Assembly (NCBI GenBank): GCA_965249575.1
Contig: OZ252244.1
Coordinates: 3,328,001 to 3,392,000 of the forward strand
Origin: Gemmatimonadales bacterium
GTDB lineage: Bacteria; Gemmatimonadota; Gemmatimonadetes; Gemmatimonadales; GWC2-71-9
Direction of reading: 5' to 3'
DNA: 64,000 nt
Numbering within the stretch: the first letter of the stretch is position 1; each line of letters begins with the position of its first letter. The translations under genes were made by a program, and so were the position numbers. This document shows positions 19,902 to 30,907 of this stretch, piece after piece. A model generated the notes under the pieces. It made no database searches and was not told the DNA's origin. It saw only the letters and a program-made list of their open reading frames with translations.

Positions 19902-21308
19902 ATGATGCGGTACGCACGATATCCCCGGTTCGTCGTTTCCATGATGCTGCCTCTCACTGTCCCGATGATGGCTGCCGCGCAGGTTCGGCCCTTGATGAGC
20001 GATGTCAAGACGGGCGGGAGCGCCAGGATTCAGGTCGTGTCGCACGTACCCCTCGATGGGGCTTTCCGCGTTGGCGGGGTTGAGATCGAGTCGGAGTTGT
20101 CGCGGCCCTACGCCTACGTCGTGCGGATGCTGGATGAGGCGGGGTTCTCGATTATCAGCTTGGCCGATCCGGGTAACGCGCGCGTGATCTATGACTGGCG
20201 TCATCCAGATCCGGAGCTGCGCGCGAGTTCCGGCCTCGGCGGGGAGAGCGGACGGTACTTCAAGACCCGTGGACGGTACTACTACGTCAAGGGCTCCTCG
20301 TTCGGTCCCGAGAGTCCGGACCCCGATCTGGGAGCGGTCGTCTTCGACGTCACCGGTCTGCCCGACGTGTCCACCATCAGGGAAGTCGGCCGGATTCAGG
20401 GTGAGGGCGCTCGGCGTGTCACCCACGTATTTCCCTACAAGCACTCCGACGGACGGGTGCTGATGTTCACGACGCCGCGGGCGCCGCACGCCAACGCGTA
20501 CGATATGGACAAGTTCCTGAGCGGCGATGCGAACCAGGGACTGATCGGCCGGGTACCGGTTCCGGGTGCGGCCGCACCGGTGCAGGGCCAAGACGGATCC
20601 ACGCGCGGCGCCAGCTACCACGATACGTACGTGGCGTTCGACCCGGCGACCCGTCAGGACAAGTTGTATGGTGCCGGGACTGGAGGGTTCCACGTCTTCG
20701 ACGTCACGCGTCCCGAGGAACCGCGGCATCTTACCTCGATGATGCCGGGAGGCCGCCTGGGCGCCAGCGGGCACACCCTGATCGCGACGCCCGATCAGAA
20801 GTACGCGGTTGGAAACATCGAGCGGCAGTATTTCCCGATCATGCTCTTCGATTTGGAGGAGGGGGTCGAGCGACAGACACCCATCCCGTCTCCGGCTGGC
20901 GCATGGACTCCCGATTGGCAGGACGCGTCCCACGCCAATGACGTCCGGTGGCCCTATGTGTTCGTCGCGTCGTTCGAGGACGGGCTCCAGGTGGTGAACA
21001 TGATCAATCCCAAGAAGCCCAAGACCGTGGCCTGGTATTACACGTGCGAGTGCGAGCACCAGGCCGGGTTTGGCTTCGGAACCGGAAGCGTCCGGGGAAC
21101 GAGCGTCATGAACGGCGGTGCGGACATCGACGTGCGAAATGCCGACGGGCTGATCGTGATGAACGACTACAACACGGGCTTCTGGGCGTTCCGCATGGAA
21201 GGCTTCGGTGGGTGGAACGGTGAGGACTGGGACATGCCGAACGTCTCGAGTGAGCAGGATTGGGACAACGGGCCCTACGGGGCTCGGCAGGCGCCCAGGA
21301 CGAGTTAG
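19902..21308 (+). CDS. Secreted LVIVD-repeat-like beta-propeller protein (paralog 1)
   Basis: GGAGGAGG RBS, signal peptide, repeated DV[TS]xP blades; strongly similar to 24020-25408. Confidence 0.75.
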   Translation: MMRYARYPRFVVSMMLPLTVPMMAAAQVRPLMSDVKTGGSARIQVVSHVPLDGAFRVGGVEIESELSRPYAYVVRMLDEAGFSIISLADPGNARVIYDWRHPDPELRASSGLGGESGRYFKTRGRYYYVKGSSFGPESPDPDLGAVVFDVTGLPDVSTIREVGRIQGEGARRVTHVFPYKHSDGRVLMFTTPRAPHANAYDMDKFLSGDANQGLIGRVPVPGAAAPVQGQDGSTRGASYHDTYVAFDPATRQDKLYGAGTGGFHVFDVTRPEEPRHLTSMMPGGRLGASGHTLIATPDQKYAVGNIERQYFPIMLFDLEEGVERQTPIPSPAGAWTPDWQDASHANDVRWPYVFVASFEDGLQVVNMINPKKPKTVAWYYTCECEHQAGFGFGTGSVRGTSVMNGGADIDVRNADGLIVMNDYNTGFWAFRMEGFGGWNGEDWDMPNVSSEQDWDNGPYGARQAPRTS

Positions 21309-21377
21309 CCACCAACCGCCGAGTCGGTCCGCACACCATTTCCCGGCACTCGCGCCGTAGACGAAAGGTCCTTGGCC

Positions 21378-23033
21378 ATGTTCAACCTGCGTACCTCGCG
21401 ACCACTGCTTGGCCTGGTGACGGTGATCACCGCCGCTGGGTGCGGACCGCAGAGCCAGCCGGGATCGGGATCGGGGCGCTACGAAGATCTCGTCGCTCTG
21501 TTCGAGGAGTGGCGCGCCTTTCAACGGCCGCCGCTGGTCGAGGGAGTCCCAGACTACAGCCCCCAGGCCATGGAGGCCCAGCGCCAAGCGCTACCAGATT
21601 TTCAGGGCCGCCTGGCTGCGTTTGACACCACTAATTGGCCGGTAGCTCGCCAGGTCGACTACCACTTGGTCCGGGCGGAGATGAACGGGTTGGACTTCGA
21701 CCACCGGGTCCGGCGGCCATGGGCGCGGAACCCTGCGTTCTACCGGACGATCTTCACGTACCAGAGCGATGTGCCCACGCACGTCCGGCCCGTCGCGTAC
21801 GGTGAGATCGAGCTTTGGACCTACGAGTTCCCCCTCACGGCCGAGGCATCACAAAAGCTGGCCGCCGAACTGGGGATAATCCCGGGTCTCTTGCAGCAGG
21901 CCGAGGGCAACCTCACCGGGAATGCACGGGATCTCTGGGTGTTGGGCGTAGGGACGATCCGGGAGCAGCGCGACAACCTGGCGATGCTCATGGAGCGAGT
22001 GCCGGAATCGAACGGGGACCTTCGAGAAGGCATTCGACGCGCGCTCGATGCTACCGAGACATTCCGTGTGTGGCTCGAAGGTGAAGCGCCGTCAAAGACG
22101 GGGCCGTCCGGTATCGGAACCGAGAATTACGACTGGTACCTCAAGAACGTGCATCTCGTCCCGTTCACATGGCAGGACGAGGTGGCGATCATGCGACGGG
22201 AGCTGGCGCGCGCGCACTCGTCCCTGCGTCTCGAAGAGAACCGCAACCGGAAGCGCCAGCCGCTCCGTCGCATCGCGAGCGCCAGGGAGTACGACCGGCG
22301 TTACCACGCCGCGGTGACCGAGTACATGACGTTCTTCCGAGAGCAGGAGATCGTGCCGCTCCGGGACTATATGGATCTCGCGCTGCGCGAGCGGATCGGC
22401 CGATTCCAGCCCGCGGAGGGGCTACGCGGCTTCTTCTCGGAGGTCAGCTATCGCGACGAGGTGGTGATGCGGACGCACGACTATCACTGGATAGACCTCG
22501 CCCGGATGGTCCACGAGCCGCATGACAGCCCCATTCGCCGGGTGCCGCTCCTCTACAGCATTTTCGACAATCGAGCCGAGGGATTCGCCACAGGCATGGA
22601 AGAGATGATGATGCACGCGGGCCTCTTTGATGACCGGCCGCTCACCCGTGAGCTCATCTGGATCCTGCTAGCTCAGCGCGCCGCGCGTGCGCTCGGCGAC
22701 CTGATGATGCACGCCAACCGGTACACGTTCGACGACGCCGTGCGGTTCGCGTCGAAATGGACTCCCCGCGGATGGCTGCCGGAGGACGGCAGCACCGTGC
22801 GGGGCGAGCAGCAACTCTATCTCGAACAGCCCGGCTACGGCACGTCGTATGTCATTGGCAAGATCGAAGCCGAGCAGCTCATTGCGGATCGCGCGCTCCA
22901 GCTCGGCGACGAATTCACCCTCAAACGATTCATGGACGAGTTCAACGGGGCGGGGATGATCCCCGTGTCGCTCATTCGGTGGGAGCTGACCGGCGAGACC
23001 GACCAGATCGCGTGGCTTACGACCGCCCGTTAA
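21378..23033 (+). CDS. DUF885 family lipoprotein
   Basis: Lipobox TAAGC; EGFATGMEE and PGYGTSYVIGK motifs, FTLKRFMD C-terminus. Confidence 0.8.
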   Translation: MFNLRTSRPLLGLVTVITAAGCGPQSQPGSGSGRYEDLVALFEEWRAFQRPPLVEGVPDYSPQAMEAQRQALPDFQGRLAAFDTTNWPVARQVDYHLVRAEMNGLDFDHRVRRPWARNPAFYRTIFTYQSDVPTHVRPVAYGEIELWTYEFPLTAEASQKLAAELGIIPGLLQQAEGNLTGNARDLWVLGVGTIREQRDNLAMLMERVPESNGDLREGIRRALDATETFRVWLEGEAPSKTGPSGIGTENYDWYLKNVHLVPFTWQDEVAIMRRELARAHSSLRLEENRNRKRQPLRRIASAREYDRRYHAAVTEYMTFFREQEIVPLRDYMDLALRERIGRFQPAEGLRGFFSEVSYRDEVVMRTHDYHWIDLARMVHEPHDSPIRRVPLLYSIFDNRAEGFATGMEEMMMHAGLFDDRPLTRELIWILLAQRAARALGDLMMHANRYTFDDAVRFASKWTPRGWLPEDGSTVRGEQQLYLEQPGYGTSYVIGKIEAEQLIADRALQLGDEFTLKRFMDEFNGAGMIPVSLIRWELTGETDQIAWLTTAR

Positions 23034-23114
23034 CGCGACGTGTGAGGACGAGTTCGGGGAGTGACGGCCGCCGCCGTCCAATAGACCCGGTGTGCCGTTG
23101 CCCGGTCGGCCCGC

Positions 23115-23486
23115 TCAGACGTGTTGATCGACCAAGATGGGATTTCCGTCGGGATCGACCGCGACGAATCTCGCCGGACCCGTGGTGTTCTCGTCCGCTT
23201 CACTTTCCAGCTTCACGCCCTGTGACTTGAGCTGGCGCTGTAGATCCCGGACATCCGTGAACTTCGCGAGCTTGCCTGCGCTCGCGTCCCAGCCGGGGTT
23301 GAAGGTCAGGATGTTCTTCTCGAACATGCCTTGGAAGAGCCCGATCGTGTGATCGCCGTTCTTCAGTATCAACCAATTCTGTGAAGCATCCCCACCGAAG
23401 ACCGTGAAGCCGAATTCTTCATAAAACTCCTTCGACGCCTCCAGGTCCTTGACGGCCAGGCTGACGGAGAACGCGCCCAGGTCCAT
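23115..23486 (-). CDS. VOC/glyoxalase family protein
   Basis: MDLGAFSVSLAVKDLEASKEFY...DPDGNPILVDQHV. Confidence 0.9.
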   Translation of the reverse strand: MDLGAFSVSLAVKDLEASKEFYEEFGFTVFGGDASQNWLILKNGDHTIGLFQGMFEKNILTFNPGWDASAGKLAKFTDVRDLQRQLKSQGVKLESEADENTTGPARFVAVDPDGNPILVDQHV

Positions 23487-24019
23487 GTCTCGCTCCTTCT
23501 TGTCGAGTCGCGATACTGCGTTTGGCGAACTGCATCGGATCCTGGTCCGTGCTGGCGACGACGTCGGACCGACTTGAGCGGCTTTCTAAACGTTCACGAC
23601 CGGAACAACTCAACGGCGGGCTCGGCCTTTAAGGGGCGAGCCGACGCGAATCGCCGCCTGAGGTGTCGCTGGCGATGTTCGGCAAAACCATACACCTTCG
23701 GCCAACTTGTCGCGACGTAACTCATTATTGGACAGACCTGCGTATCCGGCTATCCGACGCCGTGTTGGCTCCGTATACGCGGGTGGGCGTCTGCAATGCG
23801 GCTTGCCGCCTCGAGATACGCAGAGTCAGTGGAATATGCAGCAGTAGCCGTCGCAGTCTAGTACGCAAAGCTGGGCTGACCACGCGGGGGTTGTCAGGAC
23901 CGATCCCCATTTTCGCGCTGCCCCCGTCGCCGTGGACGGTCGTTGCAACTCGGCTGGCCACCCTTTTTTCGCCGGGTTAGCTTTGCAGGGCTTCCCCGTT
24001 TCCCGACCAAGGAGCTTTC

Positions 24020-25408
24020 ATGATCTCGCTCATGCGACTCGTCACCGGCGCGCTGCTGGTTGTTCTCTTAGTGCCCGATGCGCTGAAGGGGCAGGCGCTC
24101 GATCCTATGAACAGTCTCCGCAACCCGCGGACAGGGGGGAGTAGCAATATTCACGTCCAGGCGCATCTCACCATGGGTGGTGCGGTGCACACGTCGGACG
24201 TGGAGATCGAGCAGGAGCTGAGCCGTCCCTACGTGTACGTCGGCCGGGTCGACATCGGTGGGGAGGGCTTCGCGGGCCCGTCGAAGGGAATAGATATCGT
24301 GAGCGTCGCTGATCCAACCAGACCGAAGGTAATCTACTCGTGGCGCATCGAGGATCAGGAGCTGCATCGACACGGCGCGATGGATAACAAGTACTTCAAG
24401 CTGGACGGCCGGTATTACGTGGCCCAGTCGTTTCAGTTTCGCGCCGGCGGGCCCAACGTCGACCTCGGCGCGGTGCTGCTGGACGTGACCAGCCTCCCCG
24501 ATACCACCGGGATTCGGGAGGTGGCGCGGATTCGCGCCCCCGATACGCCCGGTGGCTTTCACAACATCTACGCCTACAAGCACTCCGACGGGCGGGCGTT
24601 GCTCTTCACCACGACGAGCGGTGAGTGGGCGAACGTGTACGACATGGCCGGCACGTTGGGCGGCGACACCCGCTCGGGCCTCATCTCCCGGATCCCCAAC
24701 CCCAAGCCCGGTGAACGGTTCAGGGGCTACCACGATTTCTACGTCGGGTACGATCCGGCAACCCGGCAGGACAAGTTCTACGGGGCCGGACTGAACGGGT
24801 ACTATCTGTACGACGTCACCGAGCCGGAGGAGCCCTCACTCATCACATCCATCACGGGTGCGCCCGGCATCTTCATCGCCCACACCATGACTCCGGATCC
24901 CACGGGCCGATACGTCGTCACCGAAGTGGAGTACCAATACACGCCTCTCAGGATCTACGATCTCAAGCCCGGGCTCGACGGCGAGGTAGAGACGATATCC
25001 CGGCCAGTCGGCGCCTGGCTTGCCACCTGGGACGGGAACGCGCACAACCACGAAGTGCGCTGGCCGTACGTGTTCGTGTCCGGCTACATGGACGGGCTCC
25101 AGGTGTTCAACATGATGGACCCCACCAACCCCTACACGGTCGGCCACCACCACACCTGTGATTGCTTTCTCCCTGCGGGTGCCGCCGGTGCGGGACTCGT
25201 GGGCGGTATGGGTGGCGGAGCCTGGGGCGTCGACGTACGAAACGCCGACGGGCTGATCATCGTGGGCGACGCCGGCACGGCGCTCTGGACCTTCAGAATG
25301 GATGGGTTTGACGGGTGGAACGGGCACCAATGGGGGATGCCGGACATCTCGAGCGCCCAAGACTGGGACAACGGCCCGGACGGAGCACCTCGGCCCGGCG
25401 TGAGCTAG
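24020..25408 (+). CDS. Secreted LVIVD-repeat-like beta-propeller protein (paralog 2)
   Basis: Shares ELSRPY, YKHSDGR, YHD..V..DPATRQDK.YGAG, DVRNADGLI and QDWDNGP with paralog 1. Confidence 0.75.
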   Translation: MISLMRLVTGALLVVLLVPDALKGQALDPMNSLRNPRTGGSSNIHVQAHLTMGGAVHTSDVEIEQELSRPYVYVGRVDIGGEGFAGPSKGIDIVSVADPTRPKVIYSWRIEDQELHRHGAMDNKYFKLDGRYYVAQSFQFRAGGPNVDLGAVLLDVTSLPDTTGIREVARIRAPDTPGGFHNIYAYKHSDGRALLFTTTSGEWANVYDMAGTLGGDTRSGLISRIPNPKPGERFRGYHDFYVGYDPATRQDKFYGAGLNGYYLYDVTEPEEPSLITSITGAPGIFIAHTMTPDPTGRYVVTEVEYQYTPLRIYDLKPGLDGEVETISRPVGAWLATWDGNAHNHEVRWPYVFVSGYMDGLQVFNMMDPTNPYTVGHHHTCDCFLPAGAAGAGLVGGMGGGAWGVDVRNADGLIIVGDAGTALWTFRMDGFDGWNGHQWGMPDISSAQDWDNGPDGAPRPGVS

Positions 25409-25420
25409 GAAGAGAGTTCA

Positions 25421-25876
25421 TTGGAGCCTCTGGGGCGGCTGACGACCGTGAGCAATCCTCTCCGAGAAGAGCGGGCGTATTTCGCCGAGCTGAAACCCCA
25501 GTTGCTCGAGTCACACACGGGGCAGTTTGCCGTTATCAGGGGCCGGGAACTGTTCGGAGTGTTTCCGCAGCAGGACGACGCGTTCGTGAAAGGGGTAAAG
25601 CGGTTCAAGCGGGGGGCGTTTCTCATCGCCGGCATCGTCGAGCACGACGATTTCAAGTATGTGCCGACACTGCCGCCCCCGCCGACCATGAGTCTGGAAC
25701 AGCTCGTGTCGATACCTGGGGACCTGCCCGAGCTAAAATCCGAGCTCGCCGGGCTCCCGGCGGAAGAGTTGACGGAGGACAATGTGCTGCAGACGGTGCT
25801 CAGGCACCGGAAACGCAAAAAGCGACTACGGGAGCTTGCCACCGGGCTCCAGAATTCGGAGAGCCGCTTCGAGTGA
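25421..25876 (+). CDS. Hypothetical protein (DUF5678-like N-terminus), possibly truncated by a nonsense codon
   Basis: L.EERAYF....QLLE...GQFAVIRG.E..GVF pattern; the same frame stays open past the TGA to 26098. Confidence 0.5.
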   Translation: MEPLGRLTTVSNPLREERAYFAELKPQLLESHTGQFAVIRGRELFGVFPQQDDAFVKGVKRFKRGAFLIAGIVEHDDFKYVPTLPPPPTMSLEQLVSIPGDLPELKSELAGLPAEELTEDNVLQTVLRHRKRKKRLRELATGLQNSESRFE

Positions 25877-26348
25877 TATCTCGCCGAACGCCTTCGGGCT
25901 GTGGTCGATGCCGATTCAGCTCAACGAGACGAGGTGATTCGGCACGAGATGACTTCAGCGGACCGGGATTGGTTCCGGCTCAAAGCGCACATGCATGCTT
26001 CGATGGCCTACGGCGTCGATGATGGAGTTCGCTCGGGAGGCACCCGCGGCCGGCGGCCAGCCGATGCTGCTCGAGGGTCAGGCGCCGACCGCCGGTAGCG
26101 TGCCAGGAGATTCAGACTACACCGATTTCTGGCGTGTGACCGTAGGGGTCGTTGACCTGCGGAGCTACGTGCTGGGGAGCTACCGGGATCACCGCCGCGC
26201 GATGGACGACGCAGACCGCGGGCGCCTCACGATCCGTCGGGCTCGGGGTGCGTTCAATCGGCCCGTAACGTACGTGGACGGTCAGCCGATCGCCCGACGC
26301 GGCGCGCTTCGGATTCTCGCTGGCGCTCTGACGGACTCCCAAGCCGGG

Positions 26349-28693
26349 ATGAGCGCGGTGGCGACCAGCGTCGCGTCCCTCCCCCAGACGCTGTCTGCAT
26401 CCCACTACGCCGGGATGGCGGGCCGAATCGATGTTGCCGTCCCGCGCCTCGAGGGCGCCGTCGACATCGATGGGATGCTGATCGAGGGGGTATGGGGTGC
26501 CGCCGCGCTGCTCACCGGGTTCTCGCAGTACGAACCGGTAGCCGGCCGCCCGGCTGCCGACACGACCCAGGTGCTGGTGTGGTACTCCCCCACCGCCATC
26601 CACTTTGGCGTCCGGGCCTTCGCCCCTCAGGGCACGGTGAGGGCCACGCTGGCTGATCGGGACAAGATCCAGACCGATGACTGGGTACAGATTCTACTCG
26701 ACACGTTCAACGACCATCGGCGAGCATTGGTCTTTGGCATCAATCCCCTCGGTGTACAGTCGGATGGCACCCTGAGTGAGGGATCCCCAAACCGCCGGGG
26801 CGGCTTCGGCCGTCAGTCCGCGGCGCGCGACACGGTCGACCTGAGCGCCGATTTCCAGTACGAGTCCAAGGGGCGTGTGACGGAGGACGGCTACGAGGTC
26901 GAGATCCGCATCCCATTCAAGAGCATCCGGTACCAGGGGGCTGACGAGCAGGATTGGGGCATCCAAGTCATCCGCAAGGTGCAGCGCTCCGGTTACGAGG
27001 ACACTTGGGCTCCAGCGCGTCGAGCCGCGTCCTTCCTGTCCCAATCCGGGAAACTGGTGGGCCTGACGCAGCTTGCCCGCGGGATCACCGTCGATCTGAA
27101 TCCGGTGACGACCGCGAAGGTCGACGGATCGTCCGGCCGCAGCCCGGCGGGAACGTCCGTTGGGGCGTCACCAACAACCTCACGCTCAACGCCACCGTCA
27201 ATCCGGACTTCTCCCAGCTCGAGGCCGACGTGGCGCGAGTCGTGTTCGACCCTCGATCGCGAACCTTCTTCCCCGAGAAACGCCCGTTTTTCGTCGAAGG
27301 CAGCGAGCAATTCGAGACCCCGAACCAACTCATTTACACCCGCAGCGTCGCCGACCCGCTTGCCGCGGTCAAGCTCTCCGGCAAACTCTCCGGCACGGAC
27401 GTCGGGGTTCTAGCGGCGGTCGACGACAGGACGCTCTCGAACGTCCCGACCCCTGCGTCCCCGGCCCGTCCTGTCTTCGGGTTCCTTCGCGTGCGGCGCG
27501 ATCTCGCGGGGCAATCGACCATCGGCGCGGTCTTCACCGACCGAGAGGATGGTGAGAACTACAATCGCGTGTTCGGCGCAGACGCCCGGTTCGTTCTCGG
27601 CGGGATCTACACCGCCCGGTTGCAATGGGCACACAGCCTCTCGAGACTGAGCGGCGTCACCACATCCGGCCCGCTCTTCGACGTCGGCTTCAACCGGCGG
27701 GGCCGCCAACTCCAGCTCAACTACGCCTTGAGAGGCTTCCACGAGAACTTCCGCTCCGAGTCGGGGTTCATTCGCCGAGTGGACATCGTCACGGCATCGG
27801 CGTCGCAACGGAACATCTTCTACCTCCCGCCGGGCAAGGCGATCGAGACCTTCTCCGCAGACGTCAGCATGACCAGTAGCTGGTTTTACGGGGATTTCTT
27901 CAGGGGTGGTGGCCCGACGGATTTACGGTTGACGACCAACGGAACGTTCGTGCTCCGCGGCGGGTGGCGCGTCAGCGCCACGCTGTTCGTCGAGTCGTGG
28001 AAGTTCGACCAGAAATTCTATGCCAACAAGTACATCGAACGGACGTTGCCCGGCGGGACCAAAGATACCCTGGCGTACAATTCATACATTCCCGGCGGTC
28101 CGAACGACCGCATCCCGGCGATGGCGACGCTGTTCAACTTGCAGACCCCGCCCGGGGCTCGTCTGTCGGTCAGCGCCAGCCTCGGAATCGGCACCGACGC
28201 GAACTTCCCGGAGTGGGCGCAGGCCTGGCTCATATGGCCCACGGTCACTGCGACATGGCGCCCCACCGACCAGCTGCGCATCGAGGCGCGCTATCTCCAC
28301 CACCAATACAACCGCAGGACCGATGGCACCACGGTGCAGCTCCGGCGCGTGCCACGCCTCAAGATCGAATACCAGCTTGCGCGGCCGATCTTCGTGCGGC
28401 TTGTGGGTCAGTACGAGTCATTCACCCTAGACAGCCTGCGTGATGGAAGCCGTTCCGACTCCCCGGTCTTGCTTCGCCAAGCGGACGGCTCGTTCCAGCG
28501 CGCGGAGCGCTTCCAGAACAACGACCTCCGAGTCGACGTGCTCTTCTCGTTCCGGCCCAATCCAGGCACGGTACTCTTCGCGGGCTACGGCAGCAGCCTT
28601 ACCGAGACGGATGCCTTCTCGTTCCGGGACATCCGCCGCACCAGCGACGGATTCTTCTTTAAGCTGAGTTACCTGCTCCGCGTCGGTGGCTGA
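26349..28693 (+). pseudogene. DUF5916-type outer-membrane protein with CBM9-like N-terminus, frameshifted near 27135
   Basis: LDTFND.RRALVFGINPLGVQ.DG, VEIRIPFKSIRY, then in another frame NATVNPDFSQLEAD..FFPEKRPFF, ending FFFKLSYLLR; true start unclear. Confidence 0.75.
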
Positions 28694-28734
28694 ACGGCGC
28701 TCGATTGCGGCGGCACAATCGACTGCTCATTTGA

Positions 28735-29319
28735 ATGGGCTCGAAGGACGCCGACCGGTGCTTCGAGGAATCCTTCCCAGGAGTGAGTTCACTTAGACGC
28801 GGCCTACTCGCCACCGGAGCCGTCCTTCTCGCCGGGCTGGTTTGGGCGACCAGGTTCGGCACTCACTGGCCGTCGGTCTACTACATGACCGGTTCGTCGA
28901 TGGAGCCGGCGATCGGCGCCGAGGAACACTTCATCGCGTGGAGCCCGCCAGGGGCGTTCTCCCGCGGCGACCTCGTACTATTCCGCTTCGAGGATGAGGA
29001 CGGTGAGTTCCACGTGCTGCGCCGACTGGCCGCGCTGCCCGGCGACACCGTAGCGATGGACTCGGGCGTTGTCGTGGTTAACGGCGACGCCATGCCATGG
29101 CCGTTTCGGATTACGTCGCCTCGAGTGACGCGTTCCGAGCTCGCGCGAGAGCACTCACTGTTCGATTGGGGACCCTGGATCGTGCCGCGGGACTCGGTCG
29201 TGCTCTTGTCGGACACGCGGGATATGGTGGGGTGGCCCGACACGCGTTTCCTCGGGTTCATCCCAAAAGACGATATCGTCGGCAAGGCGACGAGGACAGT
29301 TCGAGGACGCAGACTGTGA
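28735..29319 (+). CDS. Signal peptidase I (S26)-like protein with an atypical active site
   Basis: TM helix, GSSMEP, RGDLVLF, RRLAALPGDTV, DTRFLGFIP; start may be the GTG at 28783. Confidence 0.8.
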   Translation: MGSKDADRCFEESFPGVSSLRRGLLATGAVLLAGLVWATRFGTHWPSVYYMTGSSMEPAIGAEEHFIAWSPPGAFSRGDLVLFRFEDEDGEFHVLRRLAALPGDTVAMDSGVVVVNGDAMPWPFRITSPRVTRSELAREHSLFDWGPWIVPRDSVVLLSDTRDMVGWPDTRFLGFIPKDDIVGKATRTVRGRRL

Positions 29320-29404
29320 TAGTCGGCGCCTTGCAACTGCTCGCACCGCGACCGATCTTCGCTCGGTGATCGTCGGACTGCGCCATACCCCCCGGGGGCT
29401 CTAA

Positions 29405-30907
29405 ATGAAACGACGTGTGTTTTTGAGATCCACTGCGGCAGCCGCGATGGGCGCTTCGATGCCGGCGCCGTGGCTGTTCCCTCGGTACCGTCCGGTAGGA
29501 CAGGGCGCCGACGTCGATGCGATAACGGGTGACGGCCGGGAGATTGCGCTCAAGGGGAAGGACATTGCGGCGCTCGACGCCCGGCTTCGGGGACGGGTCT
29601 TGCTCCGGCGGCACGATGGATACGACGAAGCGCGACGTATCCTCAATCCGTCGTTCGATAAGTATCCAGCTCTCATTGCCCGGGTTACCGGCACGGCGGA
29701 CGTTCGCCAGGCGGTCGCGTTTGCGCGAGACCACAACTTGCTGGTCGCCGTGAAATGTGGTGGGCACAGTGCGTCGGGGAAATCGACGTGCGACCGTGGC
29801 ATGATGATCGACCTCTCTCAGTTTCGCAACGCCCGTGTCGATCCCAAGGCTCGCACGGCCTGGGTCACGGGCGGCAGCGTGCTGGGGCTGGTGGACCACG
29901 AGACTATGATCCACGATCTGGTCGTCCCCCTGGGGACCGTGTCGCACACCGGGACCGGGGGCTTGGTCACCGGGGGCGGATTTGGTCGCGTGGCGCGCCG
30001 GTTCGGCCTCTCGATCGATAGCCTCACGGCGGTGGACGTGGTCACGGCCGACGGGCAGTTCCGGCGAGCCAACGAGCATGACAACTCGGATCTTTTTTGG
30101 GGTGTGCGCGCGGCCGGTGGGAACTTTGGGATCGTCACCTCGTTCGAGTTCCGACTCCATCCGATGCCGCGCCGCGTGGTCGGCGGGCGCATGCTGTTTC
30201 CGATCGAGAAAGCTGGGGATGTCTTGCGGTTCTACGCAGACTTCGGTCCCCGCGCGCCCGACGAGCTATCCCTCGACTTCCTGATGATCCGGCCGCCTGG
30301 CGGTCGGCCCGGGATGGTCGGGTTCGGAGTCTGTTACTCGGGTCCGGAAGGCGAAGCCGAGCGTGCTCTCGCGCCCATTCGGCGGCTGGGCGCGCCGCTG
30401 GTCGACGGAGTACAGGCCGTCGACTACGTCGCCCTTCAGCGGTCCGGCGACAGCAACGATCCGAGGGCCCGTGCAGGCTATTTGAAGAGTGGGTTTATCC
30501 GGGAGCTAACCGAGGGGATGATCACGACCATTGTCGAGGGTCTCGAGGGACACGCTGCCCGTTCAACGGTGGTCGCCGTGCAGCAGAGCGGAGGAGCGAT
30601 CGGGCGCGTCGCGAGTGACGCCACTGCGTTCTCGCACCGTGACGCCAACGGAAACCTGCTGCTCGGGGTGGACTGGGCGTTTGGGAACGATCCCGCCGAG
30701 CACGTTGCCTGGATCAAACAGTTCTGGACGGGGCTCGAGCCGTTCACGCACGGCTTCTATTCGAACGACGCGGATCTCGATGCGCATGCGCCCGCGTCGG
30801 TGAGCGCGAACTACCGAGGGAATTACGGGCGGCTGGTGGAGATCAAGAACAAATACGACCCGAACAACCTGTTCCGGCTGAACGCGAACGTGCAGCCGAC
30901 GGTGTAG
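29405..30907 (+). CDS. Tat-exported FAD-binding oxidoreductase (BBE-like)
   Basis: KRRVFL twin-arginine signal, GGHS, GGNFGIVT, KYDPNNLFRLNANV. Confidence 0.92.
   Translation: MKRRVFLRSTAAAAMGASMPAPWLFPRYRPVGQGADVDAITGDGREIALKGKDIAALDARLRGRVLLRRHDGYDEARRILNPSFDKYPALIARVTGTADVRQAVAFARDHNLLVAVKCGGHSASGKSTCDRGMMIDLSQFRNARVDPKARTAWVTGGSVLGLVDHETMIHDLVVPLGTVSHTGTGGLVTGGGFGRVARRFGLSIDSLTAVDVVTADGQFRRANEHDNSDLFWGVRAAGGNFGIVTSFEFRLHPMPRRVVGGRMLFPIEKAGDVLRFYADFGPRAPDELSLDFLMIRPPGGRPGMVGFGVCYSGPEGEAERALAPIRRLGAPLVDGVQAVDYVALQRSGDSNDPRARAGYLKSGFIRELTEGMITTIVEGLEGHAARSTVVAVQQSGGAIGRVASDATAFSHRDANGNLLLGVDWAFGNDPAEHVAWIKQFWTGLEPFTHGFYSNDADLDAHAPASVSANYRGNYGRLVEIKNKYDPNNLFRLNANVQPTV

Noticed and set aside
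19740..21587. 615 aa minus-strand ORF
   Set aside because: Antisense shadow of a coding gene that has a clear paralog; common in high-GC DNA.
23600..23780. Structured RNA or terminator in the divergent intergenic region
   Set aside because: One hairpin (ggctcg...cgagcc) without a U-tract, and no recognisable riboswitch consensus.
25874..25876. Second selenocysteine codon
   Set aside because: No redox or metal motif context; Trp-to-stop or a genuine stop is simpler.
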